A DNA stretch of 64,000 nucleotides from Lama glama. Its lineage: Eukaryota. The position numbers were made by a program, and so were the translations under genes. This document shows positions 50,411 through 63,050 of this stretch, piece by piece. The first letter of the stretch is position 1. Every line of letters begins with the position of its first letter. Location of the stretch: contig CM052818.1 in the NCBI GenBank assembly GCA_028534125.1, positions 10,232,001-10,296,000 of the forward strand. The letters run 5' to 3'. The notes below the pieces were generated by a model, which saw only the letters and a program-made list of their open reading frames with translations, searched no databases and was not told where the DNA came from.

Positions 50411-50892
50411 TTCAAGCCTGGCGTCAGCCTGCAAAAAAGCAACCAGGCCTTTGTCTACCCATATAGCGGAGATGGGATTAAGACTTAAAGGTACTCTGGG
50501 CCTCAAGCTCTGACTCCCAGTCACCTTTTCTTACGAGGTTGGTGATACTAGGCTTTTGTTTTGCTGCCATCTTGACATGGAAAAGCAGACTCTGCTGTGG
50601 AGCCACCCGGCTCTACCTGTCTTAGAGCAGGGGGAGCAGGTCTCTCCCTGAGACCTTTGTCCGTCAGCACCTGTGACCAGCAGGGAAGGAAGGGGCATTT
50701 TCTTCCTGGGCGTTTCAGTCATGAGCCTTTGATGCTGCGGGTCATAGTGGGCTGAGAAGCACTTCCTGCCACCACCCTTCCTGTGCCCATCAGAGGCCCT
50801 GCCCAAGAGGCACTCTTGCCACCCACTTATGCGGGATGGCCTAATCCACACTTGTTCCTCAACTAATTTACATGCCCCTTCCAGGAAGTAGG

Positions 50893-51365
50893 TATGTTAG
50901 GAGGACACTCTGGGTGCAAGTTGATAGAAACCTGACTTAAGCAAAAGGGAGCTCTGGGCTCCCATAACCCAGTCTCAGGCAGAGCAGCCGGGGCTGCCTT
51001 AGGGATCACTGCAGCCAGGGCTTGAAATGTGGTCGGTACTCTCTCAGGTTCTGTCTTCTGTTTGTTTCCTTCATTTGACTTTCATACTTACAACCTTACA
51101 ATCAGAGAGGGAGGAGTTCCTCTCTGCCAGTTCTATTTAGAAAAATCTATGGGGAAGGATCCTCTTGGCCCAGCTTGGGTCATCCCTGGACCAACCATTG
51201 TGACCAGAGAGATGGGTTGCTCATCTTTGTGGTTATCCCTGGACAAATCACTGTAGCCAGAGGGATGAGAAACTCGGCTCTCATCAGAACCATTGGTTAT
51301 GTTAGGAGAAGAGCAGTTTCCAAAGAGTTGGATGAGGGGAGTGCGGTTATCAGAAGGAAGTATTG
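50893..51365 (-). mobile_element. MLT1K-like solo LTR
   Basis: 'ggacactctgggtgcaagttgatagaaacc..gacttaagcaaaaggg' and 'ttggcccagcttgggtca..ccctggaccaaccattgtgaccagag'. Confidence 0.7.
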
Positions 51366-52339
51366 ATGGCTGTGCCTCCTTGTGAATGAAGAGTTCAGGG
51401 CAAGGAGAGACTGTGTTGGGTGGGACTGGCCGGATGATCTTCGGAGGTGGGAGGTCACCTGGATCATGGAGATAGGATTACTGACTTGTGGTTGGGTCTC
51501 TGCTGGACTGTACATGATTTTGGTTTGGTCTGGGCAGTGGGACAGGGCTAGCAGTAATTTCCAAAGGAAAAACAGGCATGCTTGTGGCTTGTGGGGCAAC
51601 TGATGCTCTAAGTACTTTAACAGGTAATTACATCTATGGACATTCTACTAGGCATTTCCTTGATGCCTAGTAAAGTTCTAAGTACTTTAGGTGCTACAAA
51701 ATCAACAAAAGACAAGATCCCATCTTTTGAGGAATTTATAATCTTCTTAGATTTACAAGATGTCTACATGTGAAACGCTTAGAAAACTCCTTGAGGAAGT
51801 ACCAGATTGTGTCTGTAGAACAGGCCCTGAGCTCTGTGACACTTCAGGGCATGGGGATTGGGCCCTGGGCTGAAAGACTCAGGAAGTCTGCCTAGGGTGA
51901 ATGCAGAAGGCTGAACTCATAAAATGAAGGTTTTATAAATTTTATTGTGCTTTAGGATAAATAAATGAAAATTGGGTTTTTTGAAGGATATAGCCAGGGT
52001 GGATGCTGCCTTAGGATGAAGACCTAGGTTTCTTGTCCCCCAAATATGAAAAAATATGTTTGATAACAGGCGAAAATTTGGGTTTCAGCAAAGGAAAGTT
52101 TGCTTTCTATGGTGATCTCTGCTTTGCTAATGTTCCAGGAGGTACTTAGCTGTGGATCATGTAAATGACCATGGAATAGGGAAAATCCACTGATACTTTT
52201 CATCTCAAGGAGGCTGAAACTTGTTTATGAATGAATAAATGGGAAATGTTAAAAGAGAAACTTTTAAAAAAGACCACAGTTGGCAAGTCAAGCAAAAGTT
52301 TTCATGAGTATTGTGAGGATAGAGGAAGCAGCTGATGTG

Positions 52340-52810
52340 CAGGCAAGAACAGGATTTTTAAAGTCTGTAAGGTCTGAGTTTGAATTCTGCCTCTGCAGTT
52401 TATTAAGGGGCATGAGCCTTAGTTTCTCAGCATATTAAAGGGGAATAAGGATGATAACTTCACACAATTTTATTTTTGAGGATGCAATAGATTATCTATG
52501 TAATCAGGGTGGTGCTTGTCAAGTAGTAAAGACTTAATAAATAGTTGTGATTATTGTTGTAAGGAAATATAAACTAGGTGTGGGCAGTTGGAGCAGGAAC
52601 CATTGTGTTTCAGTGCCTGTTATGTGTCGACACTGCTCTATGTAGGCATTTTACACGTATGATTAAATGTAATCACCCCAAAAGACATGTGAGGACTATA
52701 TTGTGATTTTCATTTTAGAGATGAGGGAACTCAGCGCCAAGGAGGTTCAGGGGCCCCACGAAGTCAGTTTGGATCTGGGTGTGTCTGATTCCAGAATCTT
52801 GCTGTCTTTT
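52340..52810. mobile_element. Two MIRs in opposite orientation (+ ~52340-52555; - ~52600-52810)
   Basis: 'tgagtttgaattctgcctctgc..gagccttagtttctcagcat' and 'ttcattttagagatgagggaactcagcgcc..ggtgtgtctgattccaga'. Confidence 0.75.
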
Positions 52811-53060
52811 CCTTAGGGGGCAGATCAAAGGTGGCTGGTGGGGATTGCCAGGCAATTTCCAGGCCAGGCCAGGCTCCTGCTTTGTAGACTCTACTTTCAG
52901 ATACCTTAGAAGGGACCCAGAAGGTTGGGGGTAAGGGGACAGGGATGCAAACCCAGTGGAAATGGTTGGTAAAGGCAAGATACTAGCAGGCAGTGTCTTC
53001 TTGAGCTGAACTCCACAATGAGCTCCTGATAGTACTATTTGCCTAGGAATGCCAGAATGG

Positions 53061-53105
53061 GGGAGAAAGAGAGAGAGAGCGTGCGAGCGAGCAAGCGAGC
53101 GAGCA
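53061..53105. repeat. (GA)n-(GCGA)n compound repeat
   Basis: Directly visible; retains 5 CpGs in 53080-53101. Confidence 0.9.
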
Positions 53106-54469
53106 CTTGAGAACCTGCTTTGCTGAGGAGTTTGCTAAGCAGGTGTGACCTTTCCCTTCCCTTGGGTCAGTGCCTCCTCTCTCGGGGATGCCTGGAGCCC
53201 TTGGGAGCCCTTTTGCTCTCGTGACCCCTGTCCAGCCCCATGGAGGAGGGATGCTGGCTTGATCTCCCCACGTGGGGGTGGCAGCTGGCCTCTGCTATAG
53301 CAGTGGCTCCCGTCTAATGAAAACATTGCAAGATGGACAAGGTGGAAGGCAAAGCAGAGCTGTGGGCAGGTGCTGGCAAATAAAAAAGGAGGGGGGGATG
53401 TTTAGCATGTAAAGTTGAATTTCTGAGACAGGATATCTTAATAGCGTGGGAAAAGGGGATTGTGAGATCAAAGGCTGTGATAAGAGGGAGATAATTTCAT
53501 CATGACTCTGCTGAGGAGGACAGTCACACATGCAAGGCAGACACCCCACACACGCCCAGCTCATTTTTTTGATTGCAAAGTGGGAAACATTAAACCCAAC
53601 CCCACACAGCCTGGCCCCCTTCCCTGACTCCCCGCCCCACTGGCTGATTCTGTCCTGGTTTTATTTGCTGGTTGAATGCCTGACTTCCAGTGCCCGCCAA
53701 ATTTGCTCTTGTGTGATTTTAATTTTATTTCCAGCTCATATTTTTATTTTTTCAAAGCTAAATATTTTTCCCTGGTGGAGCATCCTGGCTTTTGCTTGAC
53801 GTCTCCACCTATGTTCTTTATTTGGTTGTAATCATTGGGAGTTGATTTGGAGGCTTTTTGTTTAAAAAAAAAATACTGCATTTTAAGAAAGGCAAACCAG
53901 TTTGCCAGTATTATTTCTAGTTCTTAAAATTCAAAGAAGTTTTTTAGAGATTGCTCTTTGCTTTCGGAGATGGAGCTGATTTCAGTTTACAGCCTGTTGT
54001 CTTCACACCCATCTCAGTGACTAATACTGTAAGATGGATTTCCTTTTTTTTTTTTCCTTCCTTGAAGTGGGTTTCAAATCCCCGAAGAATTTCTGGGAGG
54101 GGAAGAAAAATCCTTTAATTGAAAGCAAGAGAAAACAAAACAGAAAAGCATAAGAGAGCTGACAAAAATATCATGTTTAGTGAAACTAAGTTCCATCCCT
54201 GCAGATGGCTGTGGAGGCACAGAATGACCTAAAGATAGTAAAACGGGTTTCCTTTATGTGCCTTGTGAAGGGTGGTGCTTCTTTTGAATGTCGCACATGT
54301 GACTGACCAATGTCTTGCAGAGCCCCTGAGCAAGCAGGTTGGAGTCCAGCTACCCTTCCGGCTGTGTGGGGGCCCCCATGACAGTGCTTAAGTGGCTAGT
54401 GCAGGCATCCCGGGTTCTGCTCTCTGCTGACCGCTACAAGCACATGTAGTGTGTTCCGCATCGTCTGGC

Positions 54470-54660
54470 ACTTGGTCACACACCTTCAAATCCAGACTCA
54501 GCCACTTAGCAGCTGTGTGACCTCAGGCAAGGGACTTAAACTCCCTGGCCCTCAGTTTTCTCCTCTGCAAGCTGGTGAGAATGGTAACTACCCGTATGGG
54601 TTTCTGTGAGGATTATTTAAGGTACAATGGGGAAAGTTCTTGGTGCAGTGACCTTTAACA
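54470..54660 (+). mobile_element. MIR
   Basis: 'gccacttagcagctgtgtgacctcaggcaagggacttaaactccctggccctcagttttctcctctgcaa'. Confidence 0.85.
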
Positions 54661-56182
54661 AAGGGTGCTGGTTCTTCCTGTGGCCTGATGCTCCCACCTG
54701 TGTGTGCATCGGGATTGTAATCTCCTGTGGGGTGGGGCTGGGCCTTGCACACCTGAGGAGCTTCTTGGGTGCTGGGGACCAAGGAGGCCCTTACAGTCCG
54801 TGGGAGTTAAACGAGTAACCAAGAATAACGGAATTACGGAGGCAGGTTTCTTAAAATAACTCGAAAAAGTACCAGTCTCTCTGAACTTCCCTCTTAAACA
54901 AATTAAACAAAACACATGAAAAAATAAACACATTAAAAAAACTCCACAAGTTTAAAGTTAACTTCATTTCATTAGAAATTAATGACTTTGAAAGTTTTCC
55001 TGTTCTGCTGTCAATTCTTGCATCTGTGGTGACTTTTCTTTTTCCACTTTCTGTCAATGGAATTAACTCTCCCCAAGGCTGGAGGAACTTGGGCACGTTT
55101 TTGTGTCTGGAAATGGACTTGACCTTTTTCCAGTAGGGAAGGGTGCTGTGGCTGTGAGAATGGCGTATGGGACCTCTGGTCCATGAAACTCCAAGGTAGC
55201 AAAGGCACGGTTTATTTTGGAATCTTCTTTGCTGGAGAACAGGGAACCTGTGTATCTCAAATCCCCCTTTTCTACCTTCCTCTTAGCATGCACCATCTCT
55301 GCCTGCCCAGCCCAGGGGTATTTCAAACACTTGGCTGGAGTCTCCGACTTCCCCCAGTCCCCAGCCTGCGTGCATTTTTTCCTGACCCTACTCCCTTTCT
55401 CCTCCTTGCCCTCTGTGCAGTAACACCCTCTCTCTTTGGTTTTCCTGCTTGACAGTTCATCTCTCTGCATGCTATTTGCTCATCTCTGTCCCTTTTAAGA
55501 TGGGCATAGACATCTTAATTCATTGCACTGGGTTCGCTGAACCCAAGGGGGCATTGTCTCTTCCCTTTTCCTCTTCTTTCTCTTTCTCTCTCTTAGTTTA
55601 TTTCAGTCCATGTACCTGGCAGCTACATTTCTGGCTGGAGTTCCATACTTTAATATATTCAGAAACCCCTGTTTTTTCCCCCTGATGTCCTTTACTTTAT
55701 AAAAATTCCATATCATACCTAGTAACCCAAATTGGCCCGAAAGATAAATAGCAGCTACTTTTTCTTTTTCAAATTAGAAAAGGTTTCCCTCTAGGAACAA
55801 TAGCTGGTACACTGAGAGTGAATCCATTTATTGAAACGATTTATATTTTACTTTTATGAAATATGTCTGTTCTGTAATTTGACGCAAACGTGTGTTCCTT
55901 TATGGGTTTTTCATCCCATCATTTTTTTTTCACTCCAGTTATTCCTTGCCCTATTCTAGCCATTGCCAGTTTGGTAGAAACTTTGCAGCATGTGAACTTT
56001 AATACAGTCACCTGGTGAGTCAAGTCTGGATCTCTCTGATTTGCGTCCTTCCCTTGCTTTGTCAGGACAAGAGGGTGGGAGTAGGATGAGTGAGGGGTTG
56101 TAGGATGGGTGTGAATGGAATGACACTGCTTTTTAATCAGTTGGAAAACATACTCTTCCCTTTGGCTTTGCTTTTTGTTCAG

Positions 56183-56431
56183 AGGCTTTTAAGCCTCAGT
56201 CACACCTGGCCTCCCAATCATTGCATACTTTGCATTAAAGTTTATTGCCCCCTTCAATAGAGATGTGGTGGAAACTGGGGAATTTAGAGACAAACCACAG
56301 GCTTTCACCCTGCAGTGAGATTTGCTGCAGGGGCAGGATACTATGCGGTTGCAAAGCATCACTATGGAGGAGGAGACTTGCAAGGGGCTGGACAGCACCC
56401 TCATTAACCACATGGCCTGGAGCGTCTGAAT
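56183..56431 (+). other. Candidate internal 5'-UTR exon
   Basis: Strong acceptor 'ctcttccctttggctttgctttttgttcag|' (AG at 56181-56182); second possible acceptor 'cccccttcaatag|' (56259-56260); moderate donor 'GAAT|gtatga' (GT at 56432). Unique sequence. Confidence 0.35.
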
Positions 56432-58459
56432 GTATGAAACCTATAGATCCTGAACAGCAAGAGGGGCCTGTGCTTGGGAGACAGATTCATGATGCTCCTT
56501 ACTTGTTTGGTGATCTTTGTGTTCTACATGTTTTAAATCCTCTCTCAAATAGCCTCATACTGTCTTCTTGCTTTCATCTTTGAAGACCAAAGGCGCAGGA
56601 TTAGTTAAACCTACTTAGCTGTGCTTGTGCTTGAAGATGGTCTCTCTCTGTCTCTCTGGACTCAACTGGTTTAATTTCCATTTTGAGAGGTGAAGTCCTG
56701 GTACGGGGTTGGGGGATTGCCCTTGGGAGCACAGTTAACAGCACATCATTGGAATACTGTGTCTGAGAAAGATTACCTTTTTTTGTTTTTTAAGGGCAGT
56801 AAGGTGACTGAGTCTGGGCACAGGCAGGACACCCCAGGAGAGACTCATATACTGCAGACAGGCTGTTTTCACCCCCTTCTCTGGTCACCTGATCTCTCTC
56901 CATGTGTTGCTTTTAGAACTTCCTGGTGCTCAGGCCTGGCCTCACAAAAGGGAACAGCCATTCGTGTCCAGACACATTGCAGACTTCTGGCAAAATAGCT
57001 GGAGCTCACGAAAATTTACACTTTTCCTGGCACCTAGCCGAGAGAATGAGCAGGACTTGGCTTGGGTTTGCTTTCAGTTAGAAAAGCCCTTTTGGGGAGG
57101 GGGGAGGTGGTGAGTTGGAGAGTTGGGGGTGGGGTGGCAGCAAGATCCTCATGAAGGGTCAGAGCTGCTGAAATAAATATCAGCTGGGTTAGAGAGTGCG
57201 ATTCCTATAATTATATCTGCCCGATGGCTTATAATCAGCATTCTTAGCAGAGTCTGTAACTTTCATGTCTTCTCCTCTTGTGTGCAGTATGGGTGGCACT
57301 GATGGTGGGGGTGCAGGGGGCCAGTTATCACCTTGATTTGAAAAAAGTGGTGGTGTTAGTGGTGGTTGTTGCTGCTAATGTGAACATTTTTCTCACTGAA
57401 GATTACCTTTGAAATAATGCCAAGGAGGCATTGGCTGGAATGTCTGGTGGTGGGGAAGGGGCCTGGGGACTGTGTATTGTTTTTCACTAGGAGGTATCCT
57501 GTGTATATAGACATTTAAAAGAGCAAACAAAGCTGAGTGTGTGAACACAACTCAGACTTGCCGTACTGGTCCTGCCTTCCAAGCGAGGGTCCATTTTGGA
57601 TCCCGACTGAATGTAGCCCAATCTCCATCTCCCTTCTTTGAAAAACTTGAGAGAAACCAGCCGTCTGCCAGTCCACAGGCTGTGTGTCATTTCCTTCCCT
57701 CTCCAAGCCTCACTCTTTCCACAGAGGAGACTTTTCAAATTAACGTTTTCAGTTCATTAAAGACCTTTTTGCAAACATTTCGTTCTGGTAAAGGCAGTGT
57801 TTCATCTGGAAATGGTCAGGCTCACGTTGGCACAGAATGGTGCAAGAAAGGAAAAAAAATCAAATCCCTTCTCACCAAGTGGACAGACAGTGTGCAGTAA
57901 GCCTCAAATGGGTCTTCCTTAGAGGCTGGAGAGATTTCTTTGGAAGGGAAAAAACAAAGTCAATGAATGAAAACTATTTGCTCTTGTTTGTTTTGCAAAA
58001 CTAGCAAGGGAATAGGGGAGCTGGGCTTTCATTCCCTTTCTTTAATGAAAAAAAAGGATTCTCTGGGAAGAAGCAGCTCACAACTGTGCCCCTTTGTCTT
58101 GCTTTTCCTAACATCCACTGCCACCTCTCCAGGGCTCACTCTGTGCCTGGGGAGGAATGCATGAACATCCTTCTGCCTACAGATGAAAATGTGGCCTTCC
58201 CTTCCCTGCCTGGTTGGAACCAGACACTCTGAGAGTATCATGCAAATGGCCGGCTTCCCCAGAACAGACCAGCGGAGCAGAGCAGCGGTACCTTGACAAG
58301 CTTGAGTGCTTGGTGCTTGTTGGACAAAATTACAGAGAATCTTCAGTCGACTCAGGACTGGAGATAGGCATGCAGAGCATGAGTTTCTGCTGCTGTTGTT
58401 GCCCCAGCCTGGGAGAAGGCAACCCCAGAATCTTCCAGGAAGGAACCTAACAGACTAGC

Positions 58460-58675
58460 TAGTCTGTGGTGTGTTTTGTAGAGCCCCAGATGCTCCCTTT
58501 TTATCTGTTTCATTTGGTGGAATTTGGCATAAGGTTTCCACTAGGCCTCAAGCTCCTTGAGGCCTGGGCCATGTTTGTGCTGTTCATGTTATTTACACAA
58601 AGTTGGCTCTAGGTAAATATTTGTTAAGTGAATAAAGAATGAATAATGTAGCTTAAAAGGGGTTTGAAACCATAG
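58460..58675. mobile_element. MER103C-like hAT remnant containing an L2 3' end (~58540-58647, +)
   Basis: 'ctttttatctgtttcatt..taaggtttc' resumes as 'ttaaaaggggtttgaaacca' after 'aagctccttgagg..taaatatttgttaagtgaataaagaatgaat'. Confidence 0.55.
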
Positions 58676-58679
58676 ATCT

Positions 58680-59047
58680 GGTCCCTTTGCCCTTCCCTGC
58701 TTCCACCTATTTTATGTCAAGGCCAGAGAAGCTTGGTGAGCTTCCCAAGGTCCCCTAGACAGCCACTGGCAGGGCCAGGACTGGAAACTCAGGCCTAGTC
58801 CACAGCTAGTGTCTTAGTATCCTCTCAAAAGCCACAAAGGCCACCTTCTCAGGGGCAGCTTTCAGGGAGGGACATTGTTCCCCACTCGCTATCCAGCTGG
58901 TGGGCGTGACTAGCTGGGATATTAATGACTCTGAGCTGCCTGAGAGCTGGGAGCATGTCTGTTTTGTTCATCACTGTGTTCTGTGTGCCTAGCAGATTGC
59001 CTGAAAATAGTTGCTCCATCACTGTGATATTTGTTGAATGAATGAAC
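58680..59047. mobile_element. MIR fragment (-) and L2 3' end (+)
   Basis: 'cttcccaaggtcccctagacagccactggcagggccaggactggaaactcagg'; 'tgtctgttttgttcatcactgtg..tatttgttgaatgaatgaac'. Confidence 0.75.
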
Positions 59048-59539
59048 ACAAACACAACTCCAGCCCAAGTTCCCTTCTCTTGAATAATCCAGAAAGAGAA
59101 GATAATGCTCAGTCCCAAGTTTGTCCGCAAGAATTCTAGGGTCACAAAATTCTTTGGATCTTGACTGAAGTGTTATCACCAATAGAACCTCTCTCTCAGC
59201 TGTATCCAGCCTCTTTTGTTGTCATCAGCAAGCATTGTCCACAGCAGCAGGCAGGTATGAAGTGCCTTCCTCTTGTGAGGCTGCACGGGGAAATAAGCAG
59301 TTCTTTCCCTGTTTGAACATGGCTACTGGTTGGCCCTACCCCTATAATCTTCTCACTCTTGCTCTCTGCAAATAACAGACTTCTACAGCCTGAGTTCCTG
59401 GGGTGATGCAAAGAGCACTGAACTCCTGAAGTAGCAGCTTTGGGCTGCAGAGTTGGCTCTTCAACTTCCTGGACCTTGTACATGTCCCTTGTCCTATTTG
59501 ACCTTCAGTTTCTGCATCTGTCAACAAGGAAAACAAACC

Positions 59540-59720
59540 ATGTGGATTTGCTACTTACCAGATGCATGACATTGGTCAAACTACTTAGTGTTTGGGGCTA
59601 AGCTTCAGTATACTCAGCTGTAAAATGGGTCACTAACAGTACGTCCCTCTCAGGGTTGATAAAAGGATTATATGAATTAATGTACACAAAATGCTTAGCA
59701 TAGAAAGTACTTGAATATAT
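59540..59720 (+). mobile_element. MIR
   Basis: 'ctacttaccagatgcatgacattggtcaaactactta..ctgtaaaatggg..aaggattatatgaattaatgtacac'. Confidence 0.75.
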
Positions 59721-59819
59721 ATAGTCACCCTTGTTCTCTTCTCATAGGAATTACAAAAATCGTATGGAATTTTTCATTCTATAAAAGAATTCTATATTTA
59801 GGGGACAGCTATTGAATTA

Positions 59820-60400
59820 TTAATTATTTTCTCTGTGTATCCAATTACCCACTAGCATTCATTCTTAGCTGTTTTACAGAAATACCAGAGGTAAACGGTT
59901 CCAAATGGAAGTCATGACCTCAGCTCACTTCTCGCTCTCTTCTCACCCTGCTCACTCTTCCTGCCCCCAACTCATCTCTTCTTCCTGTGTTTCCTGTTTC
60001 AGTGAATGGTGTCAACATCTCTGCAGTTGTCCAAACCAACGGTTGGGAAGAAGTCAGTTTTCACCGTATCTTCAAATCCAGGCAATTACCAAGCCCTCTC
60101 AATTCCCCCAGTGAGAAGGTCCCTCTCCTAAAGCTGGATATACTTCTCCCTCAGCACTGTGCTCCCTGGTGTCAAGCTGGAGCCTGTTACCTGGGCTTGG
60201 GCAGCGGTCTCTCAGTGGGTCCTGCTGCCCTATTCTTGCTCTCTCACATGTTTGTGTCTTTGCATTTCTTGCCTCTGGCCTTTCTGCAAACTATTCTTCC
60301 CCTCACCTGGATAACCCTTCAGAATTTAGCTTAGATAATTCCTACAGGAAGCCCTCTTTGACTACCTTTCTGAGTGAGGAGTTCCTTCTAGGGGCATCTT
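59820..60400 (+). mobile_element. L2 fragment
   Basis: 'tttcctgtttcagtgaatggtgtcaacatc', 'atccaggcaattaccaagccct' and 'tcctacaggaagccctctttgact'. Confidence 0.6.
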
Positions 60401-60549
60401 AACTATACTGCTCTGAGGCATACCTCTGCCATGTTAAGATTTTTAGGTCATGTTAAGATTTTTGGGGATTTTAAATCTGGAGTGGATTAAGGTGTCTTTC
60501 TTTCAATATGCAATCTAAAATAAAAACAATACTAAACATACATGTGATA

Positions 60550-60800
60550 GTAATAATAGCTAACACTTATTGAGCATTTGTTATGCATCAGGCTCTGGCG
60601 CTTTATGTATATTAAAATTCATTTAATTTTCACAGCTAATAATCACATAATATGCTCTGTGCTGTCCCCATTTTACAGATAAGAAAATTGAGGTCCAGAA
60701 TGTTTAAGCACCTTGTGCAAAGTCACAGATCTAGTAAATGGCAGAGTTAGATTTCAAATATAGGTAGAATTGTTCCAGAATCTTTATTCTTAACCATGCA
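60550..60800 (-). mobile_element. MIR, near full length
   Basis: 'taataatagctaacacttattgagcatttg..ccccattttacagataagaaaattgagg..aaagtcacagatctagtaaatggcagag'. Confidence 0.9.
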
Positions 60801-62394
60801 CTGAAAAGAAGTTTAGCGAAATTCTGATTTTTTTTTTCTATTTTGCATTTTTTGGAGAAAAATCCAATACAAAATTTGCTCAAAAAGTCTTCCTCTTTCT
60901 CTCCCGTTGTTGCCCCCTGCTAGGCTGAGCCCCTGTGCATGTGCTTAGCTTGCCTTGTGGTCCCTCTGTGTGCTCATTTCCTGCTGTGGAATTGCTTTTG
61001 ACAGGTCTATTTTCCTTCTAGACTCCAATCCCTGGGGGCACATTTTGTGTCTGCATTTGGGTGCTCCATGTAGAGAAGCTCACCCAAGATACAGAATCAG
61101 TGCGGATTACTACAGACTAACTAGACCTCCAGCTCATGCTGGTTTCCTCTTTGTTTCTTCCCTATCTAGGTTCAGCTAACCTTGCTGGTGGCTGATGACA
61201 GGGTTGGCTGAGGTAAAGATGTCTTAAATGTCTCTAGAACCTTCCATCCCCTATCCTGTGCTCCTGCAGTTGAGTCCCTAGTAGTCTCCTGTCTTTCCCC
61301 ATGGTTCTTGCATGACTTTAAAAACTGTCTTTCGAACTGTAGTTGGTAGGAACTGTGAACTGTAAATACATTGTAATGTACTAAATATAAATGATAAAGC
61401 AATTAAGCTTCTCCCTTGCTCTCCTTGTTCTCAGGACCCCTTATTCTAAAACAAACACTGTAAGATTGAAAATATACGAGAAGAGCTACCTTCCTAACTG
61501 GGTGGAGGTCTAGCTGAAATTTCAACAACATTATTCTGGAAGACTCCTAACTCCTGCAGCCACCTGCAATCCCAATGCTCAAAATACAGATGAGCCCATG
61601 AGCTCTTCAGTTCTCAGGGGCCCTCTCTCCTCTGTAGAGCTAGCTAGTTTTCTCTGTGCTGTTGAAATATATTAGTGTGTGCTTATTCACTCAGCATCGT
61701 GAGCAGAAAGCTTGCACTTACCTTATTGGTGTTTAGTTTGCTTGTTTCTCCTTGGATGCTAGCTTCCCTTTCTCTTTGCCCTTCAAAAAGATTCCATCCC
61801 ACAAAGGAAGCAATGATGCCTTTCTCCAGAACTTTCACTTTTCTGACTCTTCAAAGTTTTATCAAACTTGAACTAACCTATTGGAAATGTGGCTTTCAAT
61901 ATGCATTGCATTTCACTCTTTTCAGAAATAAGGATTGAGCCTACTACATGCCAACAAGGTTAACAAACTTGTTGTGGGAGAGTTCAACATGACAGGATAG
62001 CAGAGGTTTTGGGTACCACTGAGGAAGGATGCAGAGAAATGACCGTGTTCACAGCCACTGGAATTCATTCTGGATGCAAACATCCTCCTGGATATACCAG
62101 CTATAGGTTTCTTAGTGAGGGTTCTGAGTTCTGTATGCATATGTTGGTTGAATGTCCTCTGGTCTTGATTACTTTAGATGTAATATTATAGGAATTATAA
62201 CAGAAATAACAAAATTTCTGTTAACTTTTCTATCACTCTCAGATTCCTTGACAATTAAACAAGGGAGTTCAGACTTCTTACCTTTGCAGCCAATTACAAG
62301 TAGGACCCAGATATGTTTAGGCCTGGAAGAGAGCATTAGATTTTTGGACTTAGGAGGCTTATAGACTCTAATTCCATTTGGGCAACCAGTTTTG

Positions 62395-62558
62395 TGCAAT
62401 GCAATAATTTTTTTTTCAGTATAAGTATATCCTACATAGTGACTGGGATATGCTCATACCAAACACTTATTTATGGTTTACATGAAACTCAAATTTAACT
62501 GTGTATCTTTTTGTTTTGTTTTGTTTTGCTTTTTGTTTTGTTAAATTTGGCAACCCTA
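62395..62558. mobile_element. MER53 partial copy
   Basis: 'cagtataagtatatcc..tgggatatgctcatac..tgaaactcaaatttaactg..tggcaacccta' (terminal TIR ggcaacccta). Confidence 0.75.
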
Positions 62559-62879
62559 GAACATAAACACTAGAGAAGTGAGCTTTGAAAAGATTCAAGT
62601 TGTATGTGCCTGGTTAGGTTCGTGTTTCAGGTATGTTTGGTTGAGGGAGAGAAGAGAGGATCTAGGGGAAAATTTCTTAGGCAACTGGACAAGTGCATGT
62701 TCTAGAAAGAGTCTGACGGGGAGACTAATGGTGAGTATCTACTTGTAAAATAATTTTGGTTATCTCAGGAGAGGTCAGCCTGGGCTTCGTGATCTCCTAC
62801 AGAGGAAAATCTCTAGCTGTTCTTGGCACCAGGGCTTTAGGGAGAGGCGTGGTGAAAGAAATTCTAGTGTGTGCTAGGA

Positions 62880-63050
62880 AAGCTAAGTTCCTTTATTACA
62901 GCCAGTCAGCATGACCTTGGGCAGCTCACTTAACATTGGTTTGTCTCACCTTCTGCATCTATCAAATGGGGCTTAATGATAATTATTTTATTTTCTCCAT
63001 GGGTTGAAACAATGCTCAACCTCTTTGAAACACTATAAATTATTATTCTA
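62880..63050 (+). mobile_element. MIR
   Basis: 'tgaccttgggcagctcacttaac..ttctgcatctatcaaatgggg'. Confidence 0.7.

Noticed and set aside
55529..55545. Palindrome tgggttc-gct-gaaccca
   Set aside because: Only a 7-bp stem, and I could not tie it to a repeat family or binding motif.
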